From: Eledone cirrhosa
Taxonomy: Eukaryota
Direction: 5' to 3'
DNA: 64,000 nucleotides
Assembly (NCBI GenBank): GCA_964016885.1
Contig: OZ024744.1
Span: 61,876,001 to 61,940,000, forward strand
How positions within the stretch are numbered: the first letter of the stretch is position 1; each line of letters starts with the position of its first letter. Made by a program: the position numbers and the translations under genes. The notes under the pieces are model-generated. The model saw nothing but the letters and a program-made list of their open reading frames with translations, was not told the origin of the DNA and searched no databases. Below, one piece after another: positions 1 through 14,319 of this stretch.

Positions 1-413
1 CTATGTGAGTATGTATATATATGTGAGCATATGTCTGTGAATGCATGTGTATAAACATATGTTCAACCCTAAGAATTCTCAAGTTCAAAAGATATATGGT
101 GTGATTCTTGTTCAGATTGGTACCATTGCCCTTACCTCTTGAACTCTTTATATATTTCTATGTGTTGTGTGTGTGTGTGTGTGTGTGGGGGGGGGGGGGT
201 TATATATATATATATGAGGTTCAAGAAAAATCTTGAGAACAGAAGGGTTAATAGATGAAACCAAGTGGTTCCAGGTTTGACCTTGATGTATGGCACTTTG
301 GGTGGGTAGGTACCTTTTATCATAGCCTTGGGTCAACAAAAGGGTACATGTATATGTGTGTGTAAACACCCTATTCTGAATTAGTCACAATATCCATTCA
401 TTTAGGGATTTAA

Positions 414-1663
414 ATAATAATAATGGAATTATTGTGTACAGTGCTCAGGTGCACTACAACTCATCAAAGGTGCATGTATAGTACATAGAATAATGTACAA
501 ATGTCAGGGAAGTGAATAATGTATGAGTCCTGATATACATGTGTATGGAGCGGGAGTATTAGGTGTAGTGTTGGCGAATCACAGGAAGCATGAAGGTTTT
601 AAATGCAGTGTCTCGGCAGCTAACAACTGATGCAGGTAGTTTGTTCCATGCTTCAGCAACTCTGAGCGTGAAAAAATGTTTCCGAAAGTCATGGGAGCTG
701 CGCTGTTTTCTGACTTTGTAGGCATGCCCACATGTGTTAGACACAAGGAAATCCAAAAAGTACTCAGGGTTGTTGTTGGCGAGATGGTTAATAATTTTGT
801 GGGTGTTTACTAAGTCAGTTGCCAGATGTCGGAGCTTCAATGTATCCATGCCCAGGAAAGTAAGGCGTTCAGAGTATGGTAGATACCTGATGGAGGGTAT
901 TCGCTTGGTTGCACATCTCTGAACAGTTTCCATGTGGTCAATGTTCTGAGCAAGATAGGGGTTCCAGACTGGTGATGCAAATTCTAAGTGTGGCCGTACC
1001 ATAGCTATATACAGCTTTAAATAGATCGCTGGAGAGCGGCTGACAAAGGTCTTGCTGAGTGATGCTAAGACAACCTCGGCCTTCTTGACAATTTTAGAGA
1101 CGTGCTTCGTCCAATGTAAATCGCTGCTGACCGTAATGCCCAGGTCACGTTCACAAGAAGACTTCTTGATATTAGTGTTGTGGGGGGAGTATGTGGACGC
1201 TGGGTTTTTACTCCCAAAATACATGGTGGTACACTTGTCTACAGTGAGCTTCAGTTGCCAGTCCGTGATCCATTGTTGCATTGTGTCCAGGTCAGATTGC
1301 AGGCAAGATCTATAGTGTTCAGGATCTGTCCTTTTTATCTCAAGGTACAGCTTGATGTCATCTGCATATTTCAGTACTGTGGCATTCTTTAAGTTGGCAT
1401 CTATGTCATTAATATATGCCACAAACAGATCCCTGTGGTACACCAGATGACATCTCATATGGTGAGGAATGCTATCCTAGAACCGTGACTACCTCTCTTC
1501 GACTGAGAATGAAGGACTTCAACCAGTTAAAAAGATCATCCTTTACACCCATTGCAGAGAGTTTTGCCATAAGTCTTTTGTGTGGCACAGAATTGAAAGC
1601 TTTAGCAAAGTCTCACACCCATTGCAGAGAGCTTTGCCATAAGTCTTTTGTGTGGCACAGAAT
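414..1663 (-). mobile_element. CR1-type LINE, 5'-truncated RT and 3' end
   Basis: ORF 559-1458 has KYADD, ERDLG, RPHLEFASPVWNPY, GHAYK and FFTLRVAEAWNKLP. (ATT)n tail near 414. Confidence 0.9.
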
Positions 1664-3795
1664 AAGAACAAAGAAAACCCATTATTTATCTTTCCTCTGT
1701 CCATTCTCTTGAAGGAATGAGTTCAGAGCACAGAACTGAGTAAGCTAACATTCTATTGATAGAAGTGCGAGTCTCTGTAGAAATGATCAGTCAATTTGTC
1801 ACTAGTATGGGGGTATGAAGAAATATTACTGTGTAGGAATTAGTAGTTGGTGGTGGTGAGGTATACAATATAGTAGTTAAGGGCTTTATAAAAGAAAATT
1901 ATGGTTATATTGCACTATAGAGTGAGTAGGTTTATTTGGAATTGTTTTTTGACTAGGTGAATAAATTACACACTCGAGTTAATATTGTGTATTAGATTTA
2001 CTTTTGTGCCAACTTTATAATATTTGTGGTAGAGTTGTATTTATTATGTATCATCATGGCTGATCAGTACTCAAGTTTTACTGGAGAGAGAGAAGCAATA
2101 GATAGAGATCAACAGAATAACTACTTGACTAAGTACTCAGTTCAATAGATATATATTAGGCACACACCAACAAGAAAAATTGATGAGGTATATATAAATA
2201 TATTCATTACTAATCTGTAATATTGTCACAACTGGTTGTTTTAAGTAGACTGACAGTCAAAAAGATGGACGGAGAGATAGCTAGATGGATGGAGAGATAG
2301 ATAAGTGGATGGATAGATGGAGAAATTGATGGATAGAGGGTTTAAAACAAATTGTCATCAAAAGTGTTAAAACCGTTTTTTGACTGTTGCTAGTAAAACA
2401 CACTGCATATGTGTTCAATTAATTTTAAATGTAAATCAAGGAATAGGAAGGATTTGGAACATAACAAAATGTTACCACATAAGATCATGATAGGTTATAA
2501 TTCAAATATAAGCACTTTTAAACAGCATTGTGTAGGATAGAACTAGGGATGGTTTTAGGTCAAGGAATGTTGCCGAACTGTATTGTTTGAGGAGTGTAGT
2601 AGGAGGATTGTGCAAAGTTGTTATAGATCCTCTTGGCAAGAAACCAGAAAACCTTGCTACAACTTGGGGGGGGGGGGGGGCAGGAAAACATACAGGATGT
2701 GTGATGCACAAGGTTTTTTTTTTTTTTTTTTTTTTTTTCATGGTATCCTTAACTGTTTACCATATTTCTAATTTGAGAATAATCAAGAATTTGGAAAGAT
2801 TTAGTAATATAACTAACTTTCTTACATAAAGATTCTTAACATAAAATTATGATGGAAGATTTTTAGATAAAATAAACAATATTTTATCATAGAACCAGTG
2901 GCAGTTTCAGATAGTTTGGTATCAAAAGGGTTGATGTTGTTGTGATAACAGTAATAGTGGTGGATGGCTTACTATATAACTTGTAAATGGTTCTACTGTT
3001 TTATTGTCTGTACCACTATGGCACAGCTGGTGTAGGTAAACCACTTATGGTGTGAAATGTGAAGAGGCATGCCCAAGTGGAGTGATTTCCAACATCTACT
3101 TAGTTGTCTCAGATAGACCAAGGTAGTAATCTGCCAGGCCAAGTTGGTAATTATAACTGCTAAAAAATTTCACTTAAATTACCAGGGTGTCCAATACTGG
3201 GAATGCTGTTCAGTAAGACAACGAGGTGCCTTACTTCTTTTAGGCAGCGATCCAATGGACACAGAAATGCTTAACTAAATGTTACAATAAGACTATGCTT
3301 TAAAAAAAAATGTTAAAGTTTGTCCTAAGCCCAGAGACTCATCAGTTTGGATCTTATTTTGGTTTTTATTGGTGTTAAGTAATTGAGAACACATTACACT
3401 TCCCTAGACAGAATATCTGTTCATCACTGTACATGCTGCTGCTGCTGGTACTCATTTTCATATGAGTAGACTGGAGCAATAATTTTGTTGAAGAACATGT
3501 CATCCAATCCAAAAATTAAACCAACAATATTGTCATTATGAGTCCAACACCCTTACCACTAGGCTACACACCTTCACACATGACTGTTTTAGTGGTCCTT
3601 TTTTTTTTTTGCAAATCCAAATTGTTAATGTTGCGAACTTTCCTCCAATAGAACAAGCTCAACAAATAAATGGTTAAGACAACTTAAACCACCCCCAAAA
3701 TTTTCTTCCCTCAGCTATAGGCACTTAACCTGTTAGAAATAGTGGCCAAAGCACACTCCATTACCTAAATTAAAAAAAAAGATACATTTGTGTAT

Positions 3796-6700
3796 TCATC
3801 ATCATCATCGTTTAACGTCCATCTTCCACGCTAGCATGGGTTTGGACGGGAATTTTCCCACTTGAGGCAAGATTGGTTGTCTTGCTCGTTTTCTACGGCT
3901 GGATACCCTTCCTAACACCAACCAGGTTTACAGTGTGGACTGGGAGGTTTTTACCGTGTTACCTACACGACCACATTACAGCGTGGACTGTGTGTTTTTT
4001 TGTTGTGACACCTACACGACCTCATTTGTTTCGGACTGGATGTTGTGGTACCAACATAACTTTACATTGAAGGGGGTGGTGTGGATGGGGTGAGGGTAGT
4101 GGGACAGGGGTGTATTCTTGTTAGAGGTGCCTACTGACTGTAGGTTTCGCTTTGTACTTGGGCAAGGTGGGTCTTCTGTATTACTGCGTAGTGCCAAAGA
4201 TCTCGGCCCAGAGACATTGTCTTGGAGAGGTGTAAGTGTGTGAGGTCGGAATTTATCAAGTCGTCCCAGGTTTTTCTGGGTCTGCCTACTCCGTGGCTAC
4301 CGTCTATTTTGATCGCCCTGCACTTTTTTATACAGCTGTCGTCTTTCATGCGCATCACGTGACCGTACCAACGTAGTCTTCTCTCGAGTAAACAACATCT
4401 GATCCCTCTTATTCCTAATTTCTCCCTTAGTTCGTTTATGCTTTGCCGTTCATGTATATTACTATTACACATCCAGCAGAGCATGCAAGCTTCGTTCCTC
4501 TCCAGTTTGCGTATATCCTCTGCACACAATGCCCAGGTCTCACTGCCATGTAACATTGCTGTTCGTATGCAGGCATCATACAGCCTGCCTTTCATTTTTA
4601 GAGAGAACCCTTTAGCGGCCAATAGTGGTATAAGCTCTCTGAACTTTTTCCATCCCGTTCTGACTCTAGTTACTGTACTTTCAGAGCACCCTCCCCCCAC
4701 TGCTGATTTTCTCACCCAAGTAACGGAAAGTGTCCACTATTTCTATAGAACCATCTGTGCAATGGAATGAGCTAGTATTCTGTGGGCACTTGCTGCTACT
4801 TATTGCACCTGAGCACCGGCCACATATAAAATCTATATTCTTAGTTAGCTTACCTGTGATCCCACTACATCTTTTATGCACCCATACTTTGCATTTGGGA
4901 CATAAAATGGAGTTTCTGCCTACTCCTTTCCTACACACTGAGCATGGCCATTTCCCAGATGGGACTGGTGCCCTATTTTCCTTCCTACAAACTAGAACTT
5001 TAGTCTTAGACAGGTTAATTTTAAGGCCTTTTGATTCTAGGCCATGCTTCCATGTTTGGAATTTCTTCTCTAGTTCGGCCATTGATTCAGCTATGAGCGT
5101 TAGATCATCTGCGTATAGGAGTTCCCATGGGCAGCCGGTCTTGAACTCCTCTGTTATAGCCTGAAGGACAATAATAAATAGGAGGGGGTTAAGGACGGAG
5201 CCCTGATGAACACCAACTTTTACGCTAAACTCTTCACTATATTCGTTGTTAATTCTAACCTTGCTGACTGTTTTTTATACATGGCTTGTATAGCTCTCAC
5301 AAGCCATTCACCAACACCTAGTTTTCTAAGAGCCCACCAGATAATGGAGTGGGGGACTCTGTCAAAGGCTTTCTCCAAGTCGACAAAAGCTAAGTATAGG
5401 GGTTTACTTTTAGCTAGGTACTTCTGTAGTTGTCGTACAATGAAAAGAGCGTCTGTGGTACTTTTACACGACACAAACCCGAACTGCATTTCATCTAGAT
5501 CAATTCGCTCTCTGATTAGTTGCGCTATTACTTTTTCTGTGACCTTCATGACGGTCAATTAATTTAATGCCTCTATAGGGCATCTCCTTTACTCTTGTAG
5601 CAGTTAATGATGATGCTGCTATGCCAGTCCTTCGGAACGACCCCATTCTGTATGACTTGGTTTACTATCTGGGTGACCATAGTGTGTCCCACCGTTCCAG
5701 ATGCTTTCAGCATTTCAGCAACTATTTTCAAAGGCCCAGCCGCCTTACCCGTCTTCATATCTTTGATTGCCTTACTTATTATACTACCTTCAACTAGCAC
5801 TGCTGGTCCTTCTATTGGATCGATGTGGGGGAGACTGTCTTTCTCCCAATTATTCTCCTCATTTAGTAGCCTTTCGTAGTGACACTTCCAAGCTACCTTC
5901 TTATCAGCGTCAGTGATGGCGAGTACGCCATCATCATTTAGTACACACTTCTCCCCGACAATATCACGGTTTTCCTTGACACATTGCCTAGCAATCCTGA
6001 ACACCTCACGTTTTTGGTCCTTGCGTTGTAGAACATGCTTGAACTTTCTTTCCTCTGCTTGCGAAGTACACTTGTCTCCTAGCTTCCCTCCTGGCCACTT
6101 GATAGTCTTCTCTACTTCCCCCATCCCGCCATACTTTCCAAGCCTGCTTTTTGGCCTTAATTTACTCCTCCACCTTACTGTTCCACCACCACGTTACTCT
6201 CCTCCTGCCTATAGGCCTGCTCCAGCCACAGACATCATCTGCCGCTTTCAGCAGGTTAGCTTTCAGGAATTCCCACTGTTCCTCTATATTGTACTAATTG
6301 CTCTTCCTTACTGTCAAAAGCATCAAGTAATATGCTTTTAAATTTATTACTGGCTGTAGGGTCCTTTAGCTTCTATATTTTTCTCCTGAGGATAGTCCTC
6401 CTCTGTTGTCGAGTATGTCTTATCCTGACTATGAGGTCGCTGACTATGAGTCTATGTTGGGAGGTGCATTCTTCATGGGGGAGGGATTTAGTGTTTACAA
6501 CAGACACTCTATCACGTCTTCTGGTAAGGATATAATCTATCTGACTGGCGTGTTCCTCTGATCTATAGGTGATCAGGTGATTGTCTCGTTTTTTGAAGTT
6601 AGTGTTACAGATAGTTAGGTTATTGTCACAGAATTCCAGGATTCTGGAGCCTTCCTCATTTCTAGTACCAAACCCATAGCCTCCATGGATTCCGTCATAG

Positions 6701-7085
6701 CCGTCACAATGCTGTCCAACGTGACCATTTAGGTCGCCAGCAATAATTATGTAGTCACTGTCGGTTATTTGGGAGGTAGTGAGCATCAATGTCTCATAGA
6801 ATCTGTCTTTTATAACACCAGGCAGTCCGGATTGGGATGCATACGCAGATATTACTGTCACAGTAGTTCCATTTAGGACAAGTCTTATTTTAATTATTCT
6901 GTCGTTCACTCTATTTACATCTATTATCTTATCTACCCATTTTTCTGCTACCATGATTTCTACCCCACCCAGCCCATTGTCATTTCCCACACAGAAAAGT
7001 TTATAGCATCGTTTTTTACCCACAATGAATCTAGCAGACTCACCCCTCCACCTGGTCTCTTGGATACAGCAAACATTAACCTCCT
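3796..7085 (-). mobile_element. RTE-clade LINE, near full length, frameshifted (APE endonuclease + RT + PHD-like insert)
   Basis: AGDLNGHVG, SQIDYIL, FVDLEKAFDRV, YADD, RRLRWYGHVMR, GRPRKTW; (GAT)n tail. Confidence 0.95.
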
Positions 7086-8879
7086 AAATACCTCAGTGTA
7101 TAAAAAAAAAGGGGTGGGTGAACATGGCTTAAAATCTTTTTATCATTGATTGACCTGTGGCTAGACAACAACAACAACCATAGGCATTGAGCACTTCATT
7201 GGCCTCCACATCCCCAATGCTGTTCAAAGGAAGGGAAAAAGCCAATACAACTTGGCACCAGTGTCATTGCAACTCCTTTTTTCCAGTTAAGTGACTAGAG
7301 CAATGTGAAATAAAGCATCTTGCTCAAGGATAAAATGCAGTGCTTGGTGGAGGAATTGAACTCATGGCCTTACAATCATGAGCCCAACATCTTAACTACT
7401 AAGCCTCTTACAACATCAAATAATTGTTTCTACTTTTTGGCACAATGCCAGCAATTTTCCCAGTGTATTACTAGTACTTTATTTTATCAACCCCGTAAGG
7501 ATGAAAGGCAAAGTTAACCTCGGCGGGATTTGAACCCAAGGCGTAAAGGGCCGTAACTCTTTGCAGAATTCACATCAACACCATTCTCTATCTACCTTCT
7601 ACTGTCAGAAAGCCTTGTCAGGTTTGAACACTGTCATAACTCACATTTTATCTATTTGTGTCAAATACTACCACAAATCTAATCCTATATCTATCTAAAT
7701 TACAATTTCATATTTCAAACATAGGTCTCACTTTGACATTGGAACATTACACATCTTTCTTCCAGCATCTAGTCTCTCTTGAGTGCTAGAGTCTTCATAA
7801 CTCAGAGCCTTCCTAGTTTCATTGGCATTAACCGACTGAGAGTATACAATAACCTTCTGGATGAGATGTCAGTCCATCACAGAGTTAGCATCATTATCTC
7901 AACTGTTGGTGATACTCATTTTCTTTTCCAGCAGAGTAGACTGAAGCAATGTAAACTAAAGTGTCTTGCTTAAAAGATACAACACTTTGTCCGGTCCAGG
8001 AATCAAACTTGACTTTATGATCATGAGGTCCACCCAAATCACTAGACCATTTGCTGTCACATTTTCAGCAACTACAACTTTCAAATTACATTAATAGTTT
8101 CCTGGAGACTATATCAAATCATAAGTATGTATCAATATATATGTGTGTGTGTGTGTAAAAAGTAAACAGAAATAATACAATTGGTACAGTATATGGAAGG
8201 AACGAAAAATTAAAGATTGAAGGGACGGGCAGGGTGGAATCGGAAAAAATGTTTTTAGAGAAAAATCTAGGGGTGAATGTACAAGCACGTGTGTAATAAT
8301 GAGCAGAGAGAGCGGGGGGTGGGATGGAGAGAGAGGGAATATATATATGCATAAACTTGCTATAAAAACAGGTATTAAATTCACCTTGTCCTCATTATTA
8401 GTGCAAGCTTTGAAAAGTGCAGATTATCTTAATTTAAAAAAAAAGTGCATTATTTATAGGATATCCCAATATATATATATATATATATATATGAGATAGG
8501 GGGAGAGAGAGAGAGCTTGAGATAAATTATAGATCTGTGTGTGTTTGTGTGTCTTAATAAGTGTGTGCATGTATGTGTTTATTTTTGCTAATCATTTTGT
8601 AATGCATGAGTCTAACTAATATTGAACTCCTGCTGTGCTGGGGTCGATCAAAAATAACAAAATGATGTCATCGGATAGAAAACAATGCATGAAAGATTGA
8701 ACAAGGTTATAGGCCACATACATACATGTACCATTCTTAAGAATGTACCAAATATAGATAATTATATGATTATATAATTAAGGACTAGAAAAGAGCAGAG
8801 TTGTTTGCAACTCACTATTATGCACATGTATTACAAGCAGACATGAACCAGGTTAACTTATTTTATAAAAATGCAAATG

Positions 8880-9200
8880 CCACAAAAGCTGTTACTCTCA
8901 CTTTTCATTTATTTCATGGTGTCGAAACTTCAGTCACACACTGTGACCTGGTCACGATATATTTCCACTTCAGTTGTGACTTGGTCATTGATACAGCTCC
9001 ACTACAGTTGTGACCTGGTCATTAAAGCATATACACCGTATTTGTGATATGATCATTCAAACAGTTCTACTTCTGTTGTGACCGGATCAGAGAGTTACAC
9101 TGTATTATAACCATGTCAGTAACCAGATCACAAAGATGTAACAAAAACTTTGGCACCACAAAATATATGATGAATGAAAAGTGAATTGAACAGTTTTTGT
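8880..9200. repeat. Inverted-repeat-flanked 33-34 bp minisatellite (5 units)
   Basis: TGTGA(C) at 8942, 8975, 9009, 9043 and 9077. Flanks TCACTTTTCATT / AATGAAAAGTGA. Confidence 0.7.
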
Positions 9201-9481
9201 GTATTTTCTGAAAAGCTAAAATGATTCATTCATAATGTCATTGCCTCAGTTTAAGCACAGTCTTAAATAAAGTCGTTTGCTAGACAAGTACAACTTTGGA
9301 AAAAAATCTATTCAGAATACAGTTAAAAAAAATGATATTTATGAACATTATTAAAAATAATAAATACATCAAATCTTGGGAATTTCAATAACAAAACAAC
9401 TATAAATAATGAGAATAAAATATATATACAACCAATGTAAACTAAAGATGATTAAATTTTGGATTTAACAGATTAATACAC

Positions 9482-9517
9482 CTGTTGTTGCTGAAAGTCC
9501 GTCAAACCCAAGGTAGC
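9482..9517 (-). CDS. Probable 36-nt microexon (phase 0-0) ATLGLTDFQQQQ
   Basis: cctttAG acceptor and CAG|GTGTAT donor. Frame-preserving, matches the phase-0 end of the 12666 exon, and is a GC-richer island in AT-rich non-repeat DNA. Confidence 0.5.
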
Positions 9518-11939
9518 CTAAAGGTAATTTTCATTGTTTTTCATTTAAAAAAAAAAAAGTTTTAAAACTTGCATGAGTGCACAATATGAAATTATTCAAT
9601 TACAAAATGAATAAATGTAATAAAGGAATCTTTTTAGCTAGTTACTATATCTTATTTTTAAATTGTGTCTTTTTTGTATAAAAAAATACAAACAGATTTA
9701 TTTTTAATTTGGAAAGGAGCTGATCATCAGATCAAACCAAAGAAATAATGTTTCTTTCCATTTTTGGTACTACACTATCTGCCAGTCACAAAAACTGGCA
9801 GGAGGAGGCAAAATTTGAGTCCAGAATGAACAAGACCAATCATATGTTGTGAAGCATCTTGTCCAACTCTTTAACAATTGTCAATTCCCGACTACTAGAC
9901 TTGTACATAATTTAATGATCCCAAAAGACAAAGTTAAGCCAGATCAAATACCAAAGCATTTAATCTAATGAATCTGCCAATTTGCCACCTGTTTTAATGT
10001 TATTTTAATGATTGGATATAGATGATGACCTGAGCCACGTGAGATATCTTTTTAACATGTTTTACTATCAATCCTACCTTGCATATAATTATGACTTTTG
10101 TTTTCATTTGGTAAAACTCTTGTATTAATTGAAGGAGCAATAAATTTCTTTTAAGAAATTAAAAACAAAATTTAGTGAATATGACAGAAATATATTTCAA
10201 TAGGGTGATGATATATGTTAAAAACAATAATGAGTAATTGGGGATAATAAATAGAGAAAATATAGAAATTATGTAATACAGCTGTAGCCTGATGGCGCCT
10301 GTCATCCCCTTACTAGTAACTGGTACAGACTGGTTGTTGCTATGCTGGGAGGGTTGGAATTTGGTTCTGAAGGACATGCTTAGTATGTATGTTTCTGGTG
10401 AGTGTTTAGCATTGGTTTGGTGTAAATTCATTTACACTCATGTTAAAGCTTTTTAACAGTCATAGTTGTGTATGTATGATGTATGTGCATATGTACATAC
10501 TTCATACATGCCTTCTACTACATCACTACTGTGTTTACACACACACATATATATTAATATATATATATACACACACACATACAAGACAGTAGTGATGTAG
10601 TGGAAGGCAGGAATTTGAAGTGCAAAAAATGGGATGAATTTTTGGTATAAAAATTTAGTACAATATATCTGTAACTTTATATATTGATTTATTGTGCTAG
10701 TGCAGACAAACAAATCTCATGATATTCTCATAGCAATTAAACTTTGATTGAGATTTAAAATTAAATTTGAATGATTAAGTATGGGTGGTATAAGGCAAGT
10801 TGATATTAAAAGGGTTAAGTAAAGTTTAAAAAAAATCTGAAATCAAAGTCAATAGTCAGAAAACCCCCATTTTGGTCATTAACCAAGGGTAATGACCAAA
10901 ATGGGGTTCTTCTGAAGGGTCTTTGGAATAACGTTACTCAGTGTATAGCTTGGAGATCAGAGAGTCACTCCAGGTATAGCTGCGACTTCTCCAATTTGAG
11001 AGATGACAGTTGCGATATGGGCATATGGTTAGAACAAAAACAACTGGGAAGAAACTTGGTTAACATCCATGGGTTTAGCTAGTTTTGTTTCGGGGTCCAG
11101 CTGGATCAATTGAAGATGGTTAATTCTGACAGGACCTGCTGGAAGACATACTTGGTGATTGCCCCCACAACCATCCCAGGAATAAAAATAAAAATAAAAA
11201 TTATGTCATTTAGATAGTATTTATAATGAATGGTTTTCATAAAATGGGTGGTTTTGTTTCATAGGACCAGAGTCAGTTTTGTCTGTGTTGGTGTCAAAAG
11301 GGGCAATTTATTATCATAAAACAAGTAGCAGTTTCAAACAGTCTGGTATTGAAAAGGTTAAGAAAATAAATAAAAAAAGTCATCAAAGATTCCATTAAGG
11401 AATTATATTTTCTGAAAATATTTTTTGAAAATATATTAATTAATAGAGGAGAGGGAAATGTCGATTAATTCAACTGGTACGTAACTTTATGAACCCCAGG
11501 AGAATGAAAGGCAAAAGTGACCTCAACGGGATTTGAGCTCAGAATGTAAAGAGCTGGAACAAATACATCAAAATATTTTATCCAATGCTCTAATAATTCT
11601 GCCAATGCACCAGGTTTTTAATTTAGGTACAAGGGCAGCAATTTTGAGGGAAGGGAAAATCGATTTTATCAACCCTAGTACTTAACCGGTACTTTATTTT
11701 ATCGACCATATAGTATATGACCTGAGTGCGATTTGAACTCAGAACAAATGTTACAAAATATTTTATTGGATGCTCCACTGATTTTACCCATCCACCATCC
11801 TATGGAGAGGGATAATAATTTCTTTCTTTGGATACAGGACCCAAGACATTGAGGGACAATACAAGGTAAAAAAACAACAGAAAATGAGGTTTATATGAAG
11901 TAAAGGCAAGGGAACATCAACAAAGAGTTAATAGTAATG

Positions 11940-12125
11940 ATAATTGTTTCTACTTTTGGCACAAGGCCAGCAATTATACCAGTGTGTTACTGGTACTTTA
12001 TTTTATCGACCCCGTAAGGATGAAAGGCAAAGTTAACCTCGGTGGGATTTGAACTCAGACCATAATGGGCCGTAACTCTTTGTTGCAAAGCATGGCGTCC
12101 GACCCTCTACCGATACTGCCAATCC
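11940..12125 (-). mobile_element. tRNA-head SINE (representative copy of the dominant family)
   Basis: Minus-strand A box TGGCAGTATCGG, B box GAGTTCAAATCC, body CTTTCATCCTTACGGGGTCGATAAAATAAAGTACCAG and (ATT)n tail. Other copies at ~7419, 11460, 11620, 12420, 20077-21470, 24760, 49231, 54498 and 59405(+). Confidence 0.8.
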
Positions 12126-12665
12126 TAATAATATGAATAGTATTAATTTTGATATAATAAAAAAAAACTTGAAAAGTTGTTCACTGGAAACAAAAAATTA
12201 GACTTGTAGAAAAAAATACATTTAAAATGTTTTCTCATGACCAATTATCTCATCTGTCTTCAACTGACAGCAACAACAAACATACAGAAACAATTAAAAT
12301 TCCATTCGTTAACATTCCCATAACAAGAAGCAGCTAAAAAATGAATACCAACTAATGAATGAAGGTAATAGTAACAAAACATCAATAACAATAAAATAAA
12401 AACAACAACAATAATAATAACGATAGTTTCTAGTTTAGGCACAAGGCCAGCAATTTTGGGGAGGGGAAGTCGATTAAATCAACCTCAGTGTATTACTGGT
12501 ACTTTATTTTATCGACCTTGCAAGGATGAAAGGCAAAGCTGACCTTGGTGGGATTCGAGCTGGAACAAAAGCTGCAAAACAACATTAATGATAATAACAA
12601 TAATAATAATAGTAATAATAAAAACGATAACAATAACGATAATTATAACAATGATAATTAAATAC

Positions 12666-14251
12666 CTGCATAGATTTTGGAAGAAGTGACCTTTCTTCAC
12701 TACCATAATCAAACTCGCCCGGATGGCGAAGGCAACTCTGGAATGTTCCAAGTCCACTGTAAGGTACAAAACCACTTTTGATGCGTTCTTCACCAATATT
12801 GGATACATCTCGATAAGATCTAGATGAGTTTTTCTGTGAAGACACTGCTGCATCTACAGAGTTCTTGTATTTAGACAACTCCAAAGATGCAGACCGAATC
12901 ATACGACTGTTCGTCGATAACTCAGAACATTCAGCTTTCGACGCTGACATTGGAGCTTTCATACTCCGCGTGTCAGTAGAAGAAAGACTCAAATTGGTTG
13001 CTGATGATTTCTGTTGCCGTTGGTTAAATTCTTTGCGCCGCTTGAGATTAGTTTTATCAACAGATCTTGGAGAATTTGAACGACTAGTCGGCTGTGAATT
13101 ACTTTTACTAGAAAGGCTGACAATATTCAGTCCAGGTGTGCTATGTGCAGTTTTCAGCTGTGTTTTGGTTGATTTTATATCTGTTCTTGTACGCGATTCA
13201 CTGGAGTTTCTTGGAGTCGAAGTAGATGCAGACCGTCTGACTCTAAGACTGTACCGTCCACCATCAGTTCTCGTGAAATTTGAACTTCCTTTAATATTTT
13301 CGTAACTGTTGTGGATGGATTCCGTGCTAACACCAGTAGTCCGTCGAGTCTCTGATAACCGTTCCGCAGGCAAATTTACAGAATTGACTCTTTTGACCTT
13401 ACCTTTAATCATACTAGATTTAGAAACAGTACTACTTGATGACGCTACCCTGCCACTACCAGAATGAGGGGGTGGCTTATCCACTACCTCAGCACCACGA
13501 GCTTTTGCTTGCCTAAGTTGGAATGCTCTATTTGGTCTGGTCATAGAAATGCCCCCTTTACCTTTGGAGCCACGGCGATTATAACCATCTCCTTCACTAC
13601 CACATTCCAAACTGAAATCAGAGTTATTGCTCATTGTTTCAAGGGCTTCAGATTCACTAGTAATATCAGAACTTACTGATCCTTTCTCACTTCCCTTAGA
13701 GTAATTTCTTTGTATTGGAGGGTTTCTCTCTTTGGAATTTATTACATTTTTGGATGAAGCTTTTGGTTTTGCATTATCGGAAAATGAAGATTTGCGACTG
13801 CTTGGCTGGTCTGAAAGGCTCCTATTGCTTGACCGAAGAGCACTGTTTTTGTTGAAAGTGTAGTTTGTGCTAGAAGAAACATCAGATTCAGATCCATCAG
13901 TAGCTTGTGATATGCTATGATTTGTCACCCTAGCTTCCAGAGCAGCCATGGCAGATTCTGTATCTTTTAACAATCGATCTGTATCATGGTCCGTGTCAAC
14001 TTTGGCTCTCGTGGGTTTACTACTGCTATTGCTCCGATTTGAAGTCAAAAACGATTTCTGTTTCTTGTTAACATCAGAAGAGGTCCATTTCTCTTCTTTC
14101 TTTTGAGCAGTAGTAGGTTGCTTTTGTGGTTTGCTGCTCGGCGATACTCTAGATTCAGGGGGTAATGAAGGCAGTTTTCTTCCTGTACCTGCTCGTTTTC
14201 TTGGACATCCCAAAGGAGGTTTAGACACCAAGGGAGATGATCCACTTGACT
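12666..14251 (-). CDS. CEP170: CEP170-like gene large exon (phase 1-0, 1586 nt), Ser/Arg/Lys-rich region
   Basis: 528 codons open, with GRKLPSLP, LLKDTESAMAALEAR, RPNRAFQLR and RTDGGRYSLR. Acceptor ttttgcatcacAG, donor CAG|GTATTT. Confidence 0.85.
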
Positions 14252-14319
14252 CTGTGATGCAAAAGAGAAACAAATACATTTTTAATTCATTGTTTATATA
14301 TATATATATATATATATAT

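Noticed and set aside
8941-9090. CRISPR-like array of palindromic repeats
   Set aside because: The linkers resemble each other, the core is only ~13 bp, there are no cas genes and the context is eukaryotic. It is a minisatellite.
11940-12125. tRNA genes
   Set aside because: The A/B boxes belong to SINE heads; no complete cloverleaf is seen.
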